NCBI RefSeq assembly: GCF_009914755.1
Contig: NC_060947.1
DNA: 64,000 bases
Reading direction: 5' to 3' (one strand)
Origin: the human T2T-CHM13v2.0 reference genome, Homo sapiens
Part shown: positions 12,397 through 27,965 of the stretch, piece by piece
Position numbering within the stretch: position 1 is the stretch's first letter
Layout of the letters: each line of letters opens with the position of its first letter
The notes under the pieces: generated by a model
Told to the model about the DNA's origin: nothing
What the model saw: only the letters and a program-made list of their open reading frames with translations
The model's database searches: none
Made by a program: the position numbers and the translations under genes

Positions 12397-12507
12397 TTTA
12401 ATTTTAATTTTTTAATTTTTAATTTTTTGGGTACATAGTAGGTGTATATATTTATGGGGTACATGAGATGTTTTGATATAGGCATGCAATGTAAAATAAG
12501 CACATCT
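12397..12507 (-). mobile_element. Very short 5'-truncated L1MA 3' end nested in the older L1
   Basis: T-rich tail followed by gggtacatagtaggtgtatatatttatggggtacatgagatg, interrupting ORF2 sequence. Confidence 0.7.
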
Positions 12508-13810
12508 TTACAATAAATTATTAGGTTGCTTATTTGAAGTATTTTTTTATGTAGCACTTACAGCTATACACTTCCATCTTAGTAGTGCTTTTGCCGTATC
12601 TCATAGATTTCGGTATGTTGTGTTTACATTATCGTTTGTTTCAACCAATTTTTATATTCCCTTCCTAATTTCTTTACTGATCCACCGGTCATTCAGGAGC
12701 ATATTGTTTAATTTCCATGTGTTTTTATAATTTCCTAAATTTCTCTTGTCATTGATTTATAGTTTTATTCCATGTGGTTAGAGAAGATGCTTGATATTAT
12801 TTCAATATTTTTAAAAATTTTTAAAGACTTGTTTTGTGACTGTACATATGGTCTATCCTTGAGAATGATCCATGTGCTGAGAAGAATGTGTATTCTGCAG
12901 CCACTGGATGAAATGTTCTGTAAATTTCTGTTAGTTCACTTTGGTCTATAGTGGAGATTATTTCTAATGTTGCTTTGTTGATTTTCTTTCTGGAAGAGCT
13001 GTCCAATGCTGAAAGTCGGGTGTTTGATGTCTCCAGCTATTATTGTATTGGGGCATCTGTCTCTCTTTAGCTCTAATAATATTTGTTTTATATATCTGGG
13101 TATTCCAGTGTTGGGTGCATTTACATTAAAAATTGTCATATTTTCTGACTGTATTGACACTTTCATCATTATAGAGTGTCTTTCTTTGTTCCTTCTTATA
13201 GAATTTTTTTCTTGAAATTTATTTTGTCTGATATTAGTGTAGCTACTCTTCCTCTTTTTTTGTTTCCATTGGTATGGAATATATTTTTATATCTTTTTGT
13301 TTTCGATCCATGTGCACCTTTGTAGGGGAAGTGTGTTTCTTGCAGGCAACAGATAATTGGGTATTTTTTAAATCCATTCAGCCAGTCTATGTGTTTTCAC
13401 TTGAGCATTTAGTTCATTTCTGGTCAGTGTTATTGTTGATTGTAAAGATTTACTCCTGCCATTTTATTATTTGTTTTCTGGCTGATTTGTGTTTCCTCTT
13501 TCTTCTTTCCTTCCTTCCTGTCTTTCTTTTATTAAAGGTGATTTTCTTTGATTGTATGATTTAATTTCTTGCTTTTTTGTGTATCTATTGTATGCTTTTT
13601 GATTTGAGGTTACCATGAGGCTTACAACCTTACAAGAGGTTACTATCTTATAACCCATTATTTTTAGTTAGAAACTTTACACTGTTTGAATAAAAAACCT
13701 AACAAGCAAGCAAAAAGAAAATTATTAAAAACCATACATATTAACTTCATTCCTTTTTTTTAACTTTTTGTTGTTTCTACTTATATCTTATTGTACTGTC
13801 TATGTCTTGA

Positions 13811-14186
<376 letters not shown>

Positions 14187-14198
14187 TAGTCTTTCTAC

Positions 14199-14609
14199 TT
14201 TTTTTATATATATATACTTTAAGTTTTAGGGTACACGTGCACAACGTGCAGGTTTGTTACATACGTATACATGTGCCATGTTCGTTTGCTGCTCCCATTA
14301 ACTCGTCATTTACATTAGTTATATCTCCTAACGCTATCCCTCCCCCCTCTCCCCACCCCACGACAGGCCCTGATGTGTGATGTTCCCCTTCCTGTGTCCA
14401 AGTGTTCTCATTGTTCAATTCCCGCCTATGAGTGAGAATATGCGGTGTTTGGTTTTTTGTCCCTGCGATAGTTTGCTGAGAATGATGGTTTCCAGCTTCA
14501 TCCATGTCCCTACAAAGGACATGAACTCATCCTTTTTTATGGCTGCATAGTATTCCATGGTGTATATGTGCCACATTTTCTTAATCCAGTCTATCATTGA
14601 TGGACATTT
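14199..14609 (-). mobile_element. 5'-truncated young L1PA 3' end
   Basis: tatactttaagttttagggtacacgtgcacaacgtgcagg; ORF2 C-terminus [17 protein letters not shown]. Confidence 0.9.
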
Positions 14610-15109
14610 AAGGTAAGAGTAGTTTACACACCACAGTCACAGTGCTACAATTTTTTTTCCTGTGTACTCATTATTACCAGTTTACTTTGTATTTCAGATG
14701 ATTTCTCATGGCTTATTAATGTTCTTTTATTTCTGACTGAAGTCCTCCTTTTAGCATTTCTTGTGGGACAGGTCTGGTGTTAATGAAATCTCTCAGCTTT
14801 TGTTTGTCTGGGAAAGTCTTTATTTCTCTTTTATGTTTCAAGGATATTTTTGCTGAATATACTATTCTAGAGTAAAAGTTTTCTTCTTCCAGCACTGCTG
14901 GACTGTAAGGTTTCCACCAAAAAGTCTGCTGCCCGAGAGTCTCTCTTTCTCTACCTATTCTTGAAAGCCAATAACTGTGTTAAGATTTTCCCCTTTGATG
15001 CTATTTTCTAGATCCTGTAGGTGTACTTGTTTTTTATTGTTTTTTATTTTGTCTCCTCTGGCTGTGTGTTTTCAAATAGAATATTTTCAAATAGCTCTAC
15101 CTATTTGTC

Positions 15110-18100
15110 TCTACCTACCCCCAGCCCCTGGAAGCCACTGATGTTTTTACTGTATCCATAGTTTTGCCTTTTCCATAATGTCCCATAGTTGGAATCATAC
15201 GGTATGTAGCCTTTTCAGACTAGCTTATTTCACTTAATAGTAAGGATTTAAGTTTCCTCTATGTATTTTCATGGCTTAATAGCTCACTTCTTTTCAGTAT
15301 CTAATAATATTTCATTTTTGGATGTACCACAGTTAATCTATTCATTCATGTACTGAAGGACATCTTATTTGCTTCCAAGTGTAGGCAATTGTGAATAAAG
15401 CTGCTATAAACATCCATGTGCTTGTTTCTGTAGACATAAGTTTTTAACTCCTTTGGAGAAACACCAAGCAGCATGATTGCTGGGTAATATGGTATGAGTA
15501 TGCTTCATTTTGTAAGAAACCACCAAACTGACTTCCAAAGTGGCTGGGCCATTTTGCATTTCCACCAGCAATGAATGATGTTCCTGTTGCTATACATTCT
15601 CACCAGCATTTGCTGTTGTCAGTGTTCTGGATTTTGGTTATTCTAATAGTTGTGTAGTGGTATCTCATTGTTGTTTTCATTTACATTTCCATCATGACAT
15701 ACGAAGCTGAGCATCTTTTCAAATGTATATTTGCCAGCTGTATAACTTCTTTAATGAGGTAGGTGTTGCTTAAGATCTTTGGCCCATTTTTATTTGGTTG
15801 TTTGTTTTCTTATTGTTGAGTTTTAAGTATTTGTATATTTTCTTATTGTTGAGTTTTAAGTATTCGTATATTTTGTATATTTTGTTATTTGTATATTTTG
15901 TAAAACTGTCCCTTATCGGATATGTCTTTTGTAAACATTTTCTCCCAGTCTCTGGCTTCTCTTTTTATTCTCTTGACAGTGTCTTCTGCAGAGCTGAACT
16001 TTTAAATTTTATTTGGTAACAGATTTATTAAAGTATAATTCATATATTATACAATTTATTCCTTTAAAGGGTACAATCTAATAGTTTTTATCTGCACTAT
16101 ATTCAGTTATGTAATCATCACCACAACCAATTTTAGGACATTCTCACGACCCCATAAATAAACCCCATACCCTTTAGTTCTCACCTCCCAACCCCTCTAT
16201 TCTTCCCAAACCCTCACCACCAGCCTCTAGCAACTACCAATCTACTCTCTATCTAAATAAATTTTCATATTCTCTGTAAGAAATTTGTTAATTTTAATGA
16301 TGTTAAGGTTACGGATTATTTCTTTTATGGACTGTGGTTTTGGTGTTTTATCTAAAATGTCATTGTTAAACTCTGAGTCACCTAGATTTTCTCCTATGGT
16401 ATCTTCTAGGAGTTTTATAGTTTTGCATTTTAAATTTAGGTCAGTGATCCATTTTGAGTTAATTATTGTAACGGGTGTAAAATCTCATGTCTAGACTCAT
16501 TTTTTTTTACATGCAGGTATCCAGTTATTCCAGCACCATTTGTTAAAAGAACTACCTTATTAGCTCAATTGCCTTCATTATTAAAGGTCAGTTGACTGTA
16601 TTAATGTAGGTCTATTTCTAGGCTCTCTAGTCTATTCCCTTGATCTATTTGTTCTTTCACCAATACCACACTGTCTTGATTTCTGTAGCTTTATAGTATG
16701 CCTTGAAATTGGGTAGTGTCAGTCCTCCAACTCTGTTCTTTTCCTTCAATATTGTTTTATTTATCTTAAATGGTATGTTTAAACATTTTTATTTCCCATG
16801 TCTGTTACTAATATGTTCAAATACCATTCTATTTACATATTGATCTTGCAGGCAGTTATCTTGCTCAAACAATTTATTATTTAAAATAGTTTATTAGATT
16901 TTCTTTTGTATTTTCTACATACATGTGTATTATTTACAATTGGTTACATTTAAATTTATTCCCTTCCAAAAATTATAACTTTATTTTATTTTTCTTCTTT
17001 TATATTGCCTAGAATATCTAGCACTATGTTGAGTAGAAGAGGTAATAGCAGGTATTCATGTTTCATTCCCATTGTCACAGGAAGAAGTTTAATATTTCAC
17101 CACTAAGTATACTGTTTGCTTTAGCTTTTTATATACATCTTTTATCAGATTAAAGAGGCTCTTTTTATTTCTAGTTTGCTAATTTTCAATCATGAAGGGA
17201 AGCTGAATTTATCACATTACTTTTCTTCATCTATTGAGATGATCATGTGATTTTTCTTCTTTCTTAAGTTAATGAGGCACATTACATTGATTGCTTTTCA
17301 AGTGTTGAACCAACCCTGAATTCTTAGTGTTGGGAAAGGCAATCTTGTGTATGCAGTCTTTTGACCCCCACATGGCCATTTAAAATAGGCATTGGGACTA
17401 AAATATTTCCTTAGCAAGAGATAAGCAGCCTACACACCCTGTTCCAGGCTAGAAATATTTTTCTGTTTCAGACTTACTAAGTGTTCTTTTGTTTTACTAA
17501 GTGTATGCATCCATGGCTCTCAGACATGTCCTAGCTTTCTGTCTTTCAGACTGGGTTGGTGTGGGTGTGGATAAGGGTCCTTTTTCTAAGGCACAAGAAG
17601 GGTGTGCTTATCCAGTTGCTCTGTGTTTGTTGCTAGGGGGTACCGTCTAGCCATGGAGGGTACCAACACACACTATTGAAGCTGATTGTGCTCTGTTTTT
17701 TTTCTATATAAGTAAAGTGTTGTTTCATCCAGGGCTTGACTGCATTATGTTCTCCTTCATGACTCTGATAAAGCGATGCAATGGGCATATGTGATTAGAG
17801 TCAATTCCTGGGATTAGCAAGTGATGCCCAATGTTCTGCTTAACAATTAGAATAACCCAACTTGGTCATAAAGTACTATCCTTTTTATATACTACTGGAT
17901 TTGGTTTGATACTACTTAGTTTAGTAACTTTGCTTCTATTTTTCAAGAGATGAGATTGGCCTGTGTATTTCTTTTCTTGAAATGTACTCATCAAGCTTTG
18001 GAATGAACACTAAGCTGCCCTTGAAATGATTGAGAAATATCCTTTTTCTTCTATTATATTGAAGAATATGGGTAAAATTGGCATTATTTATTCTTTAAAT

Positions 18101-18170
18101 GTTTGGTAAATTTTGCCAATGAAACAACCTGGGCCTATAGTTTACTTTGTGGGAAGGTTTTTATTTATAT
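15110..18170 (-). mobile_element. Old L1M (L1MB/MC-like) fragments
   Basis: Degenerate antisense L1 3'UTR and ORF2 motifs (ttgcattcccaccagcaatgaatga; cagcaccatttgttaaaa). Confidence 0.65.
17328..17845. mobile_element. Solo LTR (ERVL class, LTR40-like)
   Basis: TG...CA termini (tgttgggaaagg...gcttaaca) with 5-bp TSD cttag/attag, inserted in L1M; family tentative. Confidence 0.6.
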
Positions 18171-18879
18171 ATACAATTTTAAATTTTTCTTATGTCTTTT
18201 AGTTCTGTACATATTTTAAACTCACAAGACATTTGTTATTATTGTTTTACACATTGCTCATTCAGATTTACTCAGATATTTGCCATTTCTGTTGTTCTTC
18301 ACTTCTTGCTGCATCTCTTAGCTATAATCTTTTTTATTTTACCCGAAATACATTCTTTAGTATTTCAATTAGTGTAAAACTTTGGTGAATAATTCTCTTT
18401 TGTTTATATGAAAGTGTCTTTATTTCACATTAGTTTGTAAGGGATATTTTTGTTGGCTTTAGATTTCTATGCTGACAGTTATTATTTTAGCACAGTTATA
18501 TTCTATGCTGACAGTTATATTCTTTTAGAACATTGAAGCCATGTTTTCATTGTCTTCTGCCTCTCATTTGTTCTGATGTACAGTCAGCAATAATTTTTTT
18601 TTTTGCTACTCCTTTGATGGTAATACCTCTTTTTAATTTTTGTGTGCTTTTCTAGTCTTTAGTTTTCAGTCACATCTATTTTTTTAGGTAAGATTATTTT
18701 CAATCGAGTGCTAGACTTTGAGATGAAAATGTGGTACTAACAATGAGGCTCCAGATGATGCTATCTTTTTTCAAAGACATATAACTTTTGCTTTTGGAGC
18801 CTATCCAAGTCACCTTAAAGGTTCCTTTGGAGTCCATTCAAGTGTTGTTTTTCTTGTTTCTGGATTATAGCTGTTCGGA

Positions 18880-19310
18880 GAAATGATGCTATGTGACTTC
18901 CAAGATAAGGTCATAAAAGATGATCTAGTTTCTGCCTTGTTCATTGGGCTGTAAGCTGCAGTATGAGAAGATCAACTCTCTGAAGCTGCCATGCCATGAG
19001 AAAGTCATGTGGTGAAGCCATATTCAGGCACTCTAGTCAACATTTACATCTGAGCTTAATGTTTGAATCATTTCAACAAAGGCACCAGAAACACAAATAA
19101 AGAAACCTCCAAATGGTTTTAGCCTGCAGCCATCAAGTGACTCCCAGCCTTCAAGGCTTTCCAGCTGACGTCCTAATTACAGTAGAGAAGAGACAAGTAG
19201 TCACCTCTGTGCCCTGGCTGAATTCTTGACCTGCAGAATCTGTGAGTATAATAAAATGGTTGCTTCATGCCACTAAGCTTTAGGGTTGTTTGTTACACAA
19301 CAATGGTGAA
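18880..19310 (+). mobile_element. MLT1-type MaLR LTR
   Basis: tgtgacttccaagataaggtcataaaa ... ataaaatggttgcttcatgccactaagctttagggttgtttgttacacaaca. Confidence 0.65.
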
Positions 19311-19369
19311 AGGAATGAGTGTTCTGGAGGTGTCAAAGGAAATAAGGAAATGAAAATGAATAAAAAGTA

Positions 19370-20290
19370 TAAGATTGGAAGAAAAAATAGAGCTGCCATT
19401 TTTTATGGTTGATGTTATTGTGTAAATAGAAAATGTAAAAGAATATACAGATAAACTATTAATATTCACATATGAGTTTAGAAAATTACTTGATACAAGG
19501 TCAACATACTATAATCAATTGTATTTGTATATTGCGGTTATAAACATTCTACCTTTTTAAAAGGAAATATAAAGGGCAATGAATAGTCAGGACACTTCAT
19601 GAAGAAGACCAAAGTAGGAGAATTTGCCATATTACATTTCAAGATATTTAAATTTATAATAAGTAATATAGTGTGGTAATGGCACAAGGGTAGACAAATA
19701 GACAAATGAAACAGAATACAGACACCAGAAACAGACTCACGCATGTATAATCATTTGATTTTTGACAAAGATGGTATTGCAAAATAGTGGGAAAAGGGTG
19801 TAGTTTCAATTATTGGTGCTAGAATAATTGGATAGCTATTTGAAAAAAATTAAACTTGACATATATCTCAAACCTTACACACAAATCAATTCCAGGTGGA
19901 ATGTAGATCTAAATGTAAAAAGCACCACAATAAAGCTTTTATAAATAAATGTAAGATAACATTTTCACGTTCTCAGGGTCTGGAAAGATTTCTTTAAAAA
20001 TTCACAGAAAAGCATTAACCATAAAGAAAAATATTTTATATATGACTAATTAAAAATGTTTAAAAAAAGGCTAGCCTCAGGATAAAAGTTACTTGCAACA
20101 CATAGGGACAAAATGTTGCTATTAGGAATAGAGACAAAAAAATATAGAAAAATAGAAAAAGTTCTTAACAGATATTCCACAAAAGAAAATATATAAATGG
20201 CAATAAATATATGAAAAGATGCACAACTTCTTAGTAATCAGTGAAATGTAAATTAAAACCACTGTGAAATACTATTCCTCAGAAAATAAA
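19370..20290 (+). mobile_element. Old L1M ORF2 fragment
   Basis: Degenerate ORF2 RT and C-terminal motifs (gtgtggtaatggcacaagggtagacaaatagacaaatg; atgaaaagatgcacaacttc). Confidence 0.65.
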
Positions 20291-20752
20291 AGGGCTAAAA
20301 GAGAAACAAAGTGTCCAGAATGAGGACCTTACACTACTTTATACAATGCTAGTCATACCATTCTTGGATTATGACATTCAATTCTGGGACGACCTTTTGT
20401 AGAAGAGAGAAACTGACAAACTGAAACATATTTAGTGACACCTCTAGAGATCACAGCTTATGAAGAATGGCTAGAGAAACAGGAAATACTAAGTTGGAGA
20501 AGAGAAGGCTTCATATTACAAGGATAAAGATGAGTTTATAATGGGTAATTATTAGAATCAAAGAAACATGAAAGGAAACAGTTCTCAGCTTAATCTCAGA
20601 AAATAATGTTCTAATGTTTTAAGCTGACTAAAAGCAGAATGGAAATGCCTCTGGAATTTTCAGCTCACTGTAACTGGAGGTGTTCATAAGTAATTTCTGG
20701 ACAACCACTCTATGGAGTTATTACTGGTAGGATGTGGGGGGAAGATAGAGAG

Positions 20753-21269
20753 CGTATTAGTCAGGGTTTTCTAGAGGGACAGAACTAATAAGATAGGTGT
20801 ATATATAAAGGGGAATTTATTAAGAAGCATTGACTCACACGATCACAAGATGAAGTCCCACATTAGGCTGTCTGCAAGCTGAGGAGCAAGAAAGCCAGTC
20901 CAAGTTCCAAAACCTCAAAAATAGGGAAGCCGACAGTGCAGCCTTCAGTCTGTGGTCGAAGGTCCAAGAGTCCCAAAGCTGAAGAACTTGTATTCCAATG
21001 TTCAAGGGCAGGAAGCATCTAGTACGGGAGAAAGATGTGGGCTGGGAGACTAAGCCAGTCTAGTCCTTCCATGTTCCTTTGCCTGCTTTTATCCTAGCAG
21101 TGCTGGAAGCTGATTAGATGGTACCCAGCCAGACTGAGGGTGGGTAAGCATCTCCCAGTCCACTGACTCATATGTTAATCTCCTTTGGCAACACCCTCAC
21201 AGACACACCCAGGAACAATACTTTGCATCCTCAATCCATTCAAGTTGACACTCAGTATTAACCATCACA
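20753..21269 (-). mobile_element. MLT2 (ERVL) solo LTR
   Basis: gtattagtcagggttttctagagggacagaac ... gttgacactcagtattaaccatcaca; reverse-complement homolog of 36918-37661. Confidence 0.85.
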
Positions 21270-21617
21270 GAGGGTTAGAGTGACTTCTGAGGTTTTAAGG
21301 GGTTTAAAATTCCACCCTATCCCTATCCTGTCTCTTTCCAATGATAACCAAATTTATTCGCTCCTCCTCTGGAGTCAGTGATACCCAACGGAAGAGTGGG
21401 GCAGTAACCCTTACTCAAACTATCAGAAGGTTTTGGAAATAGGGGATGCTCCTGAGTAGAGCCTTATTTTTCCTTGAGACCATTTACTGTTACTGCTCAG
21501 GGACAACGCATGAAATGACATTCTATCCCTCTGCTGGAATTCTGTAAAGAGCTAATAAAAATTACATCTCTTAAGTCCGGCGCTTCAAAGCCTTCCACAT
21601 TGTTTTTCTATAGCTGA

Positions 21618-21636
21618 GTGGCGCCCTCTAGTGGCT
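21618..21636 (-). promoter_or_regulatory. CTCF binding motif
   Basis: Minus strand reads AGCCACTAGAGGGCGCCAC, near-perfect CTCF core, in non-repeat DNA with retained CpGs. Confidence 0.65.
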
Positions 21637-22083
21637 CTAATCATGAACGTACCATCTGGGATGAGATCAGACCTCTGAACACAATACTTCAGGACTCCCT
21701 CTGGTAAGGAGTCAATGTTGCTTCCTGCTGATGCACATCACTACATAGCAGGTGACTGAGACAGGATAAGAATTCTTAAGCATAACACTCTGTTACTTAA
21801 CCTACCCTATCTCCTCTGCAGATACTCCCCTTCTGCTGGCACTTGAAGAGAACAACAGTATATCCTCCAATGTGCGGTAATTTTGTATGTGATTTACATA
21901 TTTATGTGTTAATGTGTTGTGTGTTAATAGAGAAAAAATTTTATATTACTGGTCTCCCATCTGCCAGAGGAGGCAGGAAGGTGGGCACTAGGGCATCATT
22001 GAGTGATGTTGTTGGTTCTTCTAAAAATCAAGGCTCTTTGAAGACCACCAAGACTCCAGACATTCTTACTTTGGAAACGGGAA

Positions 22084-22787
22084 GATTTGGTTACGCTTTG
22101 TGTCCCCATCCAAATTTCATCTTGAATTGTAATCCTCATAATCCCCACATGTCTAGAGAGAGACCAGGTGGGAGGTGACTGGATCATGGGGGTGGTTTCC
22201 CCCATGCTGGTCTAGTGATAGTGAATGAGTTCTCATGAGATCTCATGGGTTTTTTTTTTTTGTTTGTTTTTTGTTTTTGTTTTGTTTTGTTTTTTGAGGA
22301 GTTTAGCTCTGTCGCCAGGCTGGAGTTCAGTGGCGTGATCTCGGCTCACTGCAACCTCTCCCTGCAATTCTCCCACCTCAGCCTCCTGGGTAGCTGGGAT
22401 TACAGGCGGCCACCACCACGCCTGGCTAATTTTTGTATTTTTAGTAGAGATGGGGTTTCACCTTGTTGGCCAAGATGGTCTCAATCTCCTGACCTCATGA
22501 TCTGCCCATCTCAGCCTCCCAAAGTGCTGGGATTACAGGCGTGAGCCACTGTGCCCAGCTGATCTCATGGTTTTATAAGGAGCTCTTCCCCCGTTGCTCC
22601 TCCCTCTTCTGTCTCCTGCTGCCATGTGAGAAGGTCCAAGCTTGCTTCCCCTTTGCCTTCCACCATGATTGTAAGTCTCCTGAGGCCTCCCCAGCTATGC
22701 AGAACTGTGAGTCAATTAAACCTCTTTCCTTTATAAATTACCCAGTCTTTGGTATTTCTTTATAGCAGTGTGAAACAGACTAATACA
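22084..22787 (+). mobile_element. THE1/MST solo LTR with nested Alu
   Basis: ctttgtgtccccatccaaatttcatcttgaattgtaatc ... gcagtgtgaaacagactaataca. Confidence 0.85.
22250..22560 (-). mobile_element. AluS with small internal deletion
   Basis: gtcgccaggctggagttcagtggcgtgatctcggctcactgc...gtgagccactgtgcccagct; TSD gatctcatgg(g)tttt on both sides. Confidence 0.9.
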
Positions 22788-24076
22788 CACCACTTCACAG
22801 TGTATCAAACATAAAAATGCAAATGTACTTATAATCCCACTTAAATATAAATATTAAGCATATTCTAAAATTTGTATAACTTTGTTTTAAAATTTAAAAA
22901 ATTTTCAGCCACAAGCAATTCATTAAAATATGCTCGACAGTGATTTCTCTGCAGAAACAGGAATTCTGCTTATGTGAGATAAAAATGTAAACTCCAAATT
23001 GTTTTCAAATGAAATGAAATTTTTACAAATAGTAAACTTAATATTCAATGAAGTTGACATGATAATGTTTTTCAGACAGTTCATTAAACATTTCTACACC
23101 ATAATTTTGTAGTGTTTTGTAGGTAAATAATATTTTAACTTTCTCAAAAGTTTAAAAGTAGGTAAAATTTCTGCTTCTGGAAAAGGTGGGGATAGGTGAT
23201 CTGGAACTCTCTTGATAAAGGGAATTTAAAATATTGGAAGGTATTTTATAATACATGAAAAATATCAAAGACCTCAAGAGGAAAGTGAGGAATTATCAGG
23301 GCGAGAAAAGAGGGTGAATTACAACTCCAAAGAGCTCAGTGATGATAAAGAGTGCTTCTGCTGAGGGGGTATTTGCTGATCAAGAAAATTCAGCTACTTT
23401 TGGTGTGGCAAATGAAAATAACTCACCTGGAGACTCTTAGTTCTGAGTGAGGGGTGAGAGCATAGCAGTGTCCACTTGAGAAGGGAAAGGGATGTCATAC
23501 TACGGTAGTATAAGACAAATTATGTTCATTTTGCAAAATGAAAAAAAAAAACAGAAGAAAGAGTCTCCTGTTGCATAGGCCGAAAAGTGCAATAGCAGTA
23601 GCCCTGATGTTGGCAATGAGGAGGGTGACTAGATCATGCTGACTTACTTTTGCCTGATTATTTGTATAAAGATTTTGAGTTGTGTCTAGCAAAGGCAAGA
23701 GTTGGATAAGTGGAGAGGGCAGAAAAGGTTATGAGAATGTGGGGAGAAGGTGAAGAAAGAAACAGGAAGAGCAAAGGCATGAGAGTGATCATAAGCATGA
23801 TGATTGCAGCAGGTAGTCAACAATGATTACGTACATAGGGAAGTTAGTTTGGGGGAGCACTAAGTAAGATTGTATGAATAGTGTGGGCCTAGATTATGGT
23901 GAAAACTGTTTAGCAACATAATTTAGGTTTAGTTCGATAGTCAATGGAGAGCTAATTTAAGTATTTCTGCCTACGTTGTCTTCAGTAATATAAGAAAGTG
24001 GTGTTTTAGGATGAAAAAATTGCTAACTTTTTTTTTAGTACTTTCACTCTTCCAGGCAGTGAGTTAACAGTAATAG

Positions 24077-26587
<2,511 letters not shown>

Positions 26588-27419
26588 AAGAAGGTGGCCT
26601 CTGGAGTTCCTAACTCTGGAATGTACTAACCATATGATTTTAGGAAAACTATTTTTCTGAGTTTCAGTTTCTTCATCTGTAAAATTAATGTAATAGTACC
26701 CACCTCTTGAGGTTGTTTTAAGGACAACATGTAAAGAGATTAATTTGGAATTAGTATTTAAGACAGATTGGAGAAGGGAAAACCTGTGGGTAGGGAACAG
26801 TTAACAAAGCTATTGTAAGCACTGAGCCTAGGCAAAGACAGTAAACCACTAGACTGGAGACAGTGGAAAAACAGCAAAGGAAAAGAAGTAGGACAAGCGA
26901 CTGACTCCTCTCCACTCTCATTCATCTTGCAAATTCCTTTTTTTCTGTTCATTTAACATAATCTGGGAACCTAAAACTACACTTTGAAGTATATGGTCTG
27001 TCTCTGGACATTATTAACTGTTTGCTCATTTCCTTAGAGCTACAAATAACCATCTGATCTCTCTCTTCACCATTTCAACATCTGCAATATGTTCTCCCAA
27101 ATCCCTTACTTCAGTCAGTTAAAAAGCAAAACAAAACAAAAATCATCCATCTTTTTACACAATATTTTCAATCTTTTCTTTGTAATTTATTCCTTCATTC
27201 TTAAACTTGCCAATCAGGCCTCCTGCAAATTCCCACGGAAGCAGGGTTCCCTAATTTAACAAAACACAAAATTCAAAAAGAAAACCAATCCTGCCATTTC
27301 TGGGCTTAAGGAAACCTGAAACTTTCCTTCAAAACTCTGCAGCATTGCTCAGTACTTTAGTGCCTAATTCCTACAACGAGCTAAGATCAGAAAAATCACT
27401 ACGTAATAGGAATCTTAAA

Positions 27420-27920
27420 ATGCGCAAGGCTTTGAGAACATGGGTTTTCAACATACAGCTTGCTCTTTCAGGATCTGTCTTCTTATTTGCATATATTTCT
27501 GAGCAGGAAGTTATGCGCAGTACTTTTAGTCTCCGCGTGAAAAGGTCCTTCATGCTAATCTAATTCAATTCAGTTCTCCTTTTTCTTTCTTCTTCTCCTC
27601 GCCCTCTTCTCAGGGAAGGAATCGTCAAAAATCAATGTTTCAACAGATCTCGCGGTGCTATTCGAGATTCCCTATTAAAAAAAAATAGAATTGATGCAAA
27701 CAGCCTGTTCCTTCCGGGGTTTTGGGCTGGAACTGCAGCGCTTAGAGAGCTCGGTGGAAGCTGCTAAAGGCGGAGGCGGGGCTCTGGCGAGTTCTCCTTC
27801 CACCTTCCCCCACCCTTCTCTGCCAACCGCTGTTTCAGCCCCTAGCTGGATTCCAGCCATTGCTGCAGCTGCTCCACAGCCCTTTTCAGGACCCAAACAA
27901 CCGCAGCCGCTGTTCCCAGG
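27420..27920. promoter_or_regulatory. SH3BGRL promoter/5'UTR, probably bidirectional with HMGN5
   Basis: Local CpG enrichment; octamer ATTTGCAT 27485-27492; ETS motifs CAGGAAGT 27504-27511 and CTTCCGG 27711-27717; GC box GAGGCGGGGC 27773-27782; directly upstream of the ATG. Confidence 0.8.
27457..27633 (-). other. HMGN5: Probable non-coding first exon of HMGN5 (head-to-head partner)
   Basis: Recalled head-to-head arrangement of HMGN5 and SH3BGRL at Xq21.1; minus-strand donor GCT|GTATGT at 27456-27451; the 5' boundary is approximate and not derivable from sequence alone. Confidence 0.5.
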
Positions 27921-27965
27921 ATGGTGATCCGTGTATATATTGCATCTTCCTCTGGCTCTACAGCG
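27921..27965 (+). CDS. SH3BGRL: SH3BGRL coding exon 1 (thioredoxin-fold SH3BGR-like protein), MVIRVYIASSSGSTA
   Basis: Kozak-type AGGATGG; 45 nt encode the known SH3BGRL N-terminus; canonical phase-0 donor GCG|GTAAGG; exon 2 not found in the window. Confidence 0.95.
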
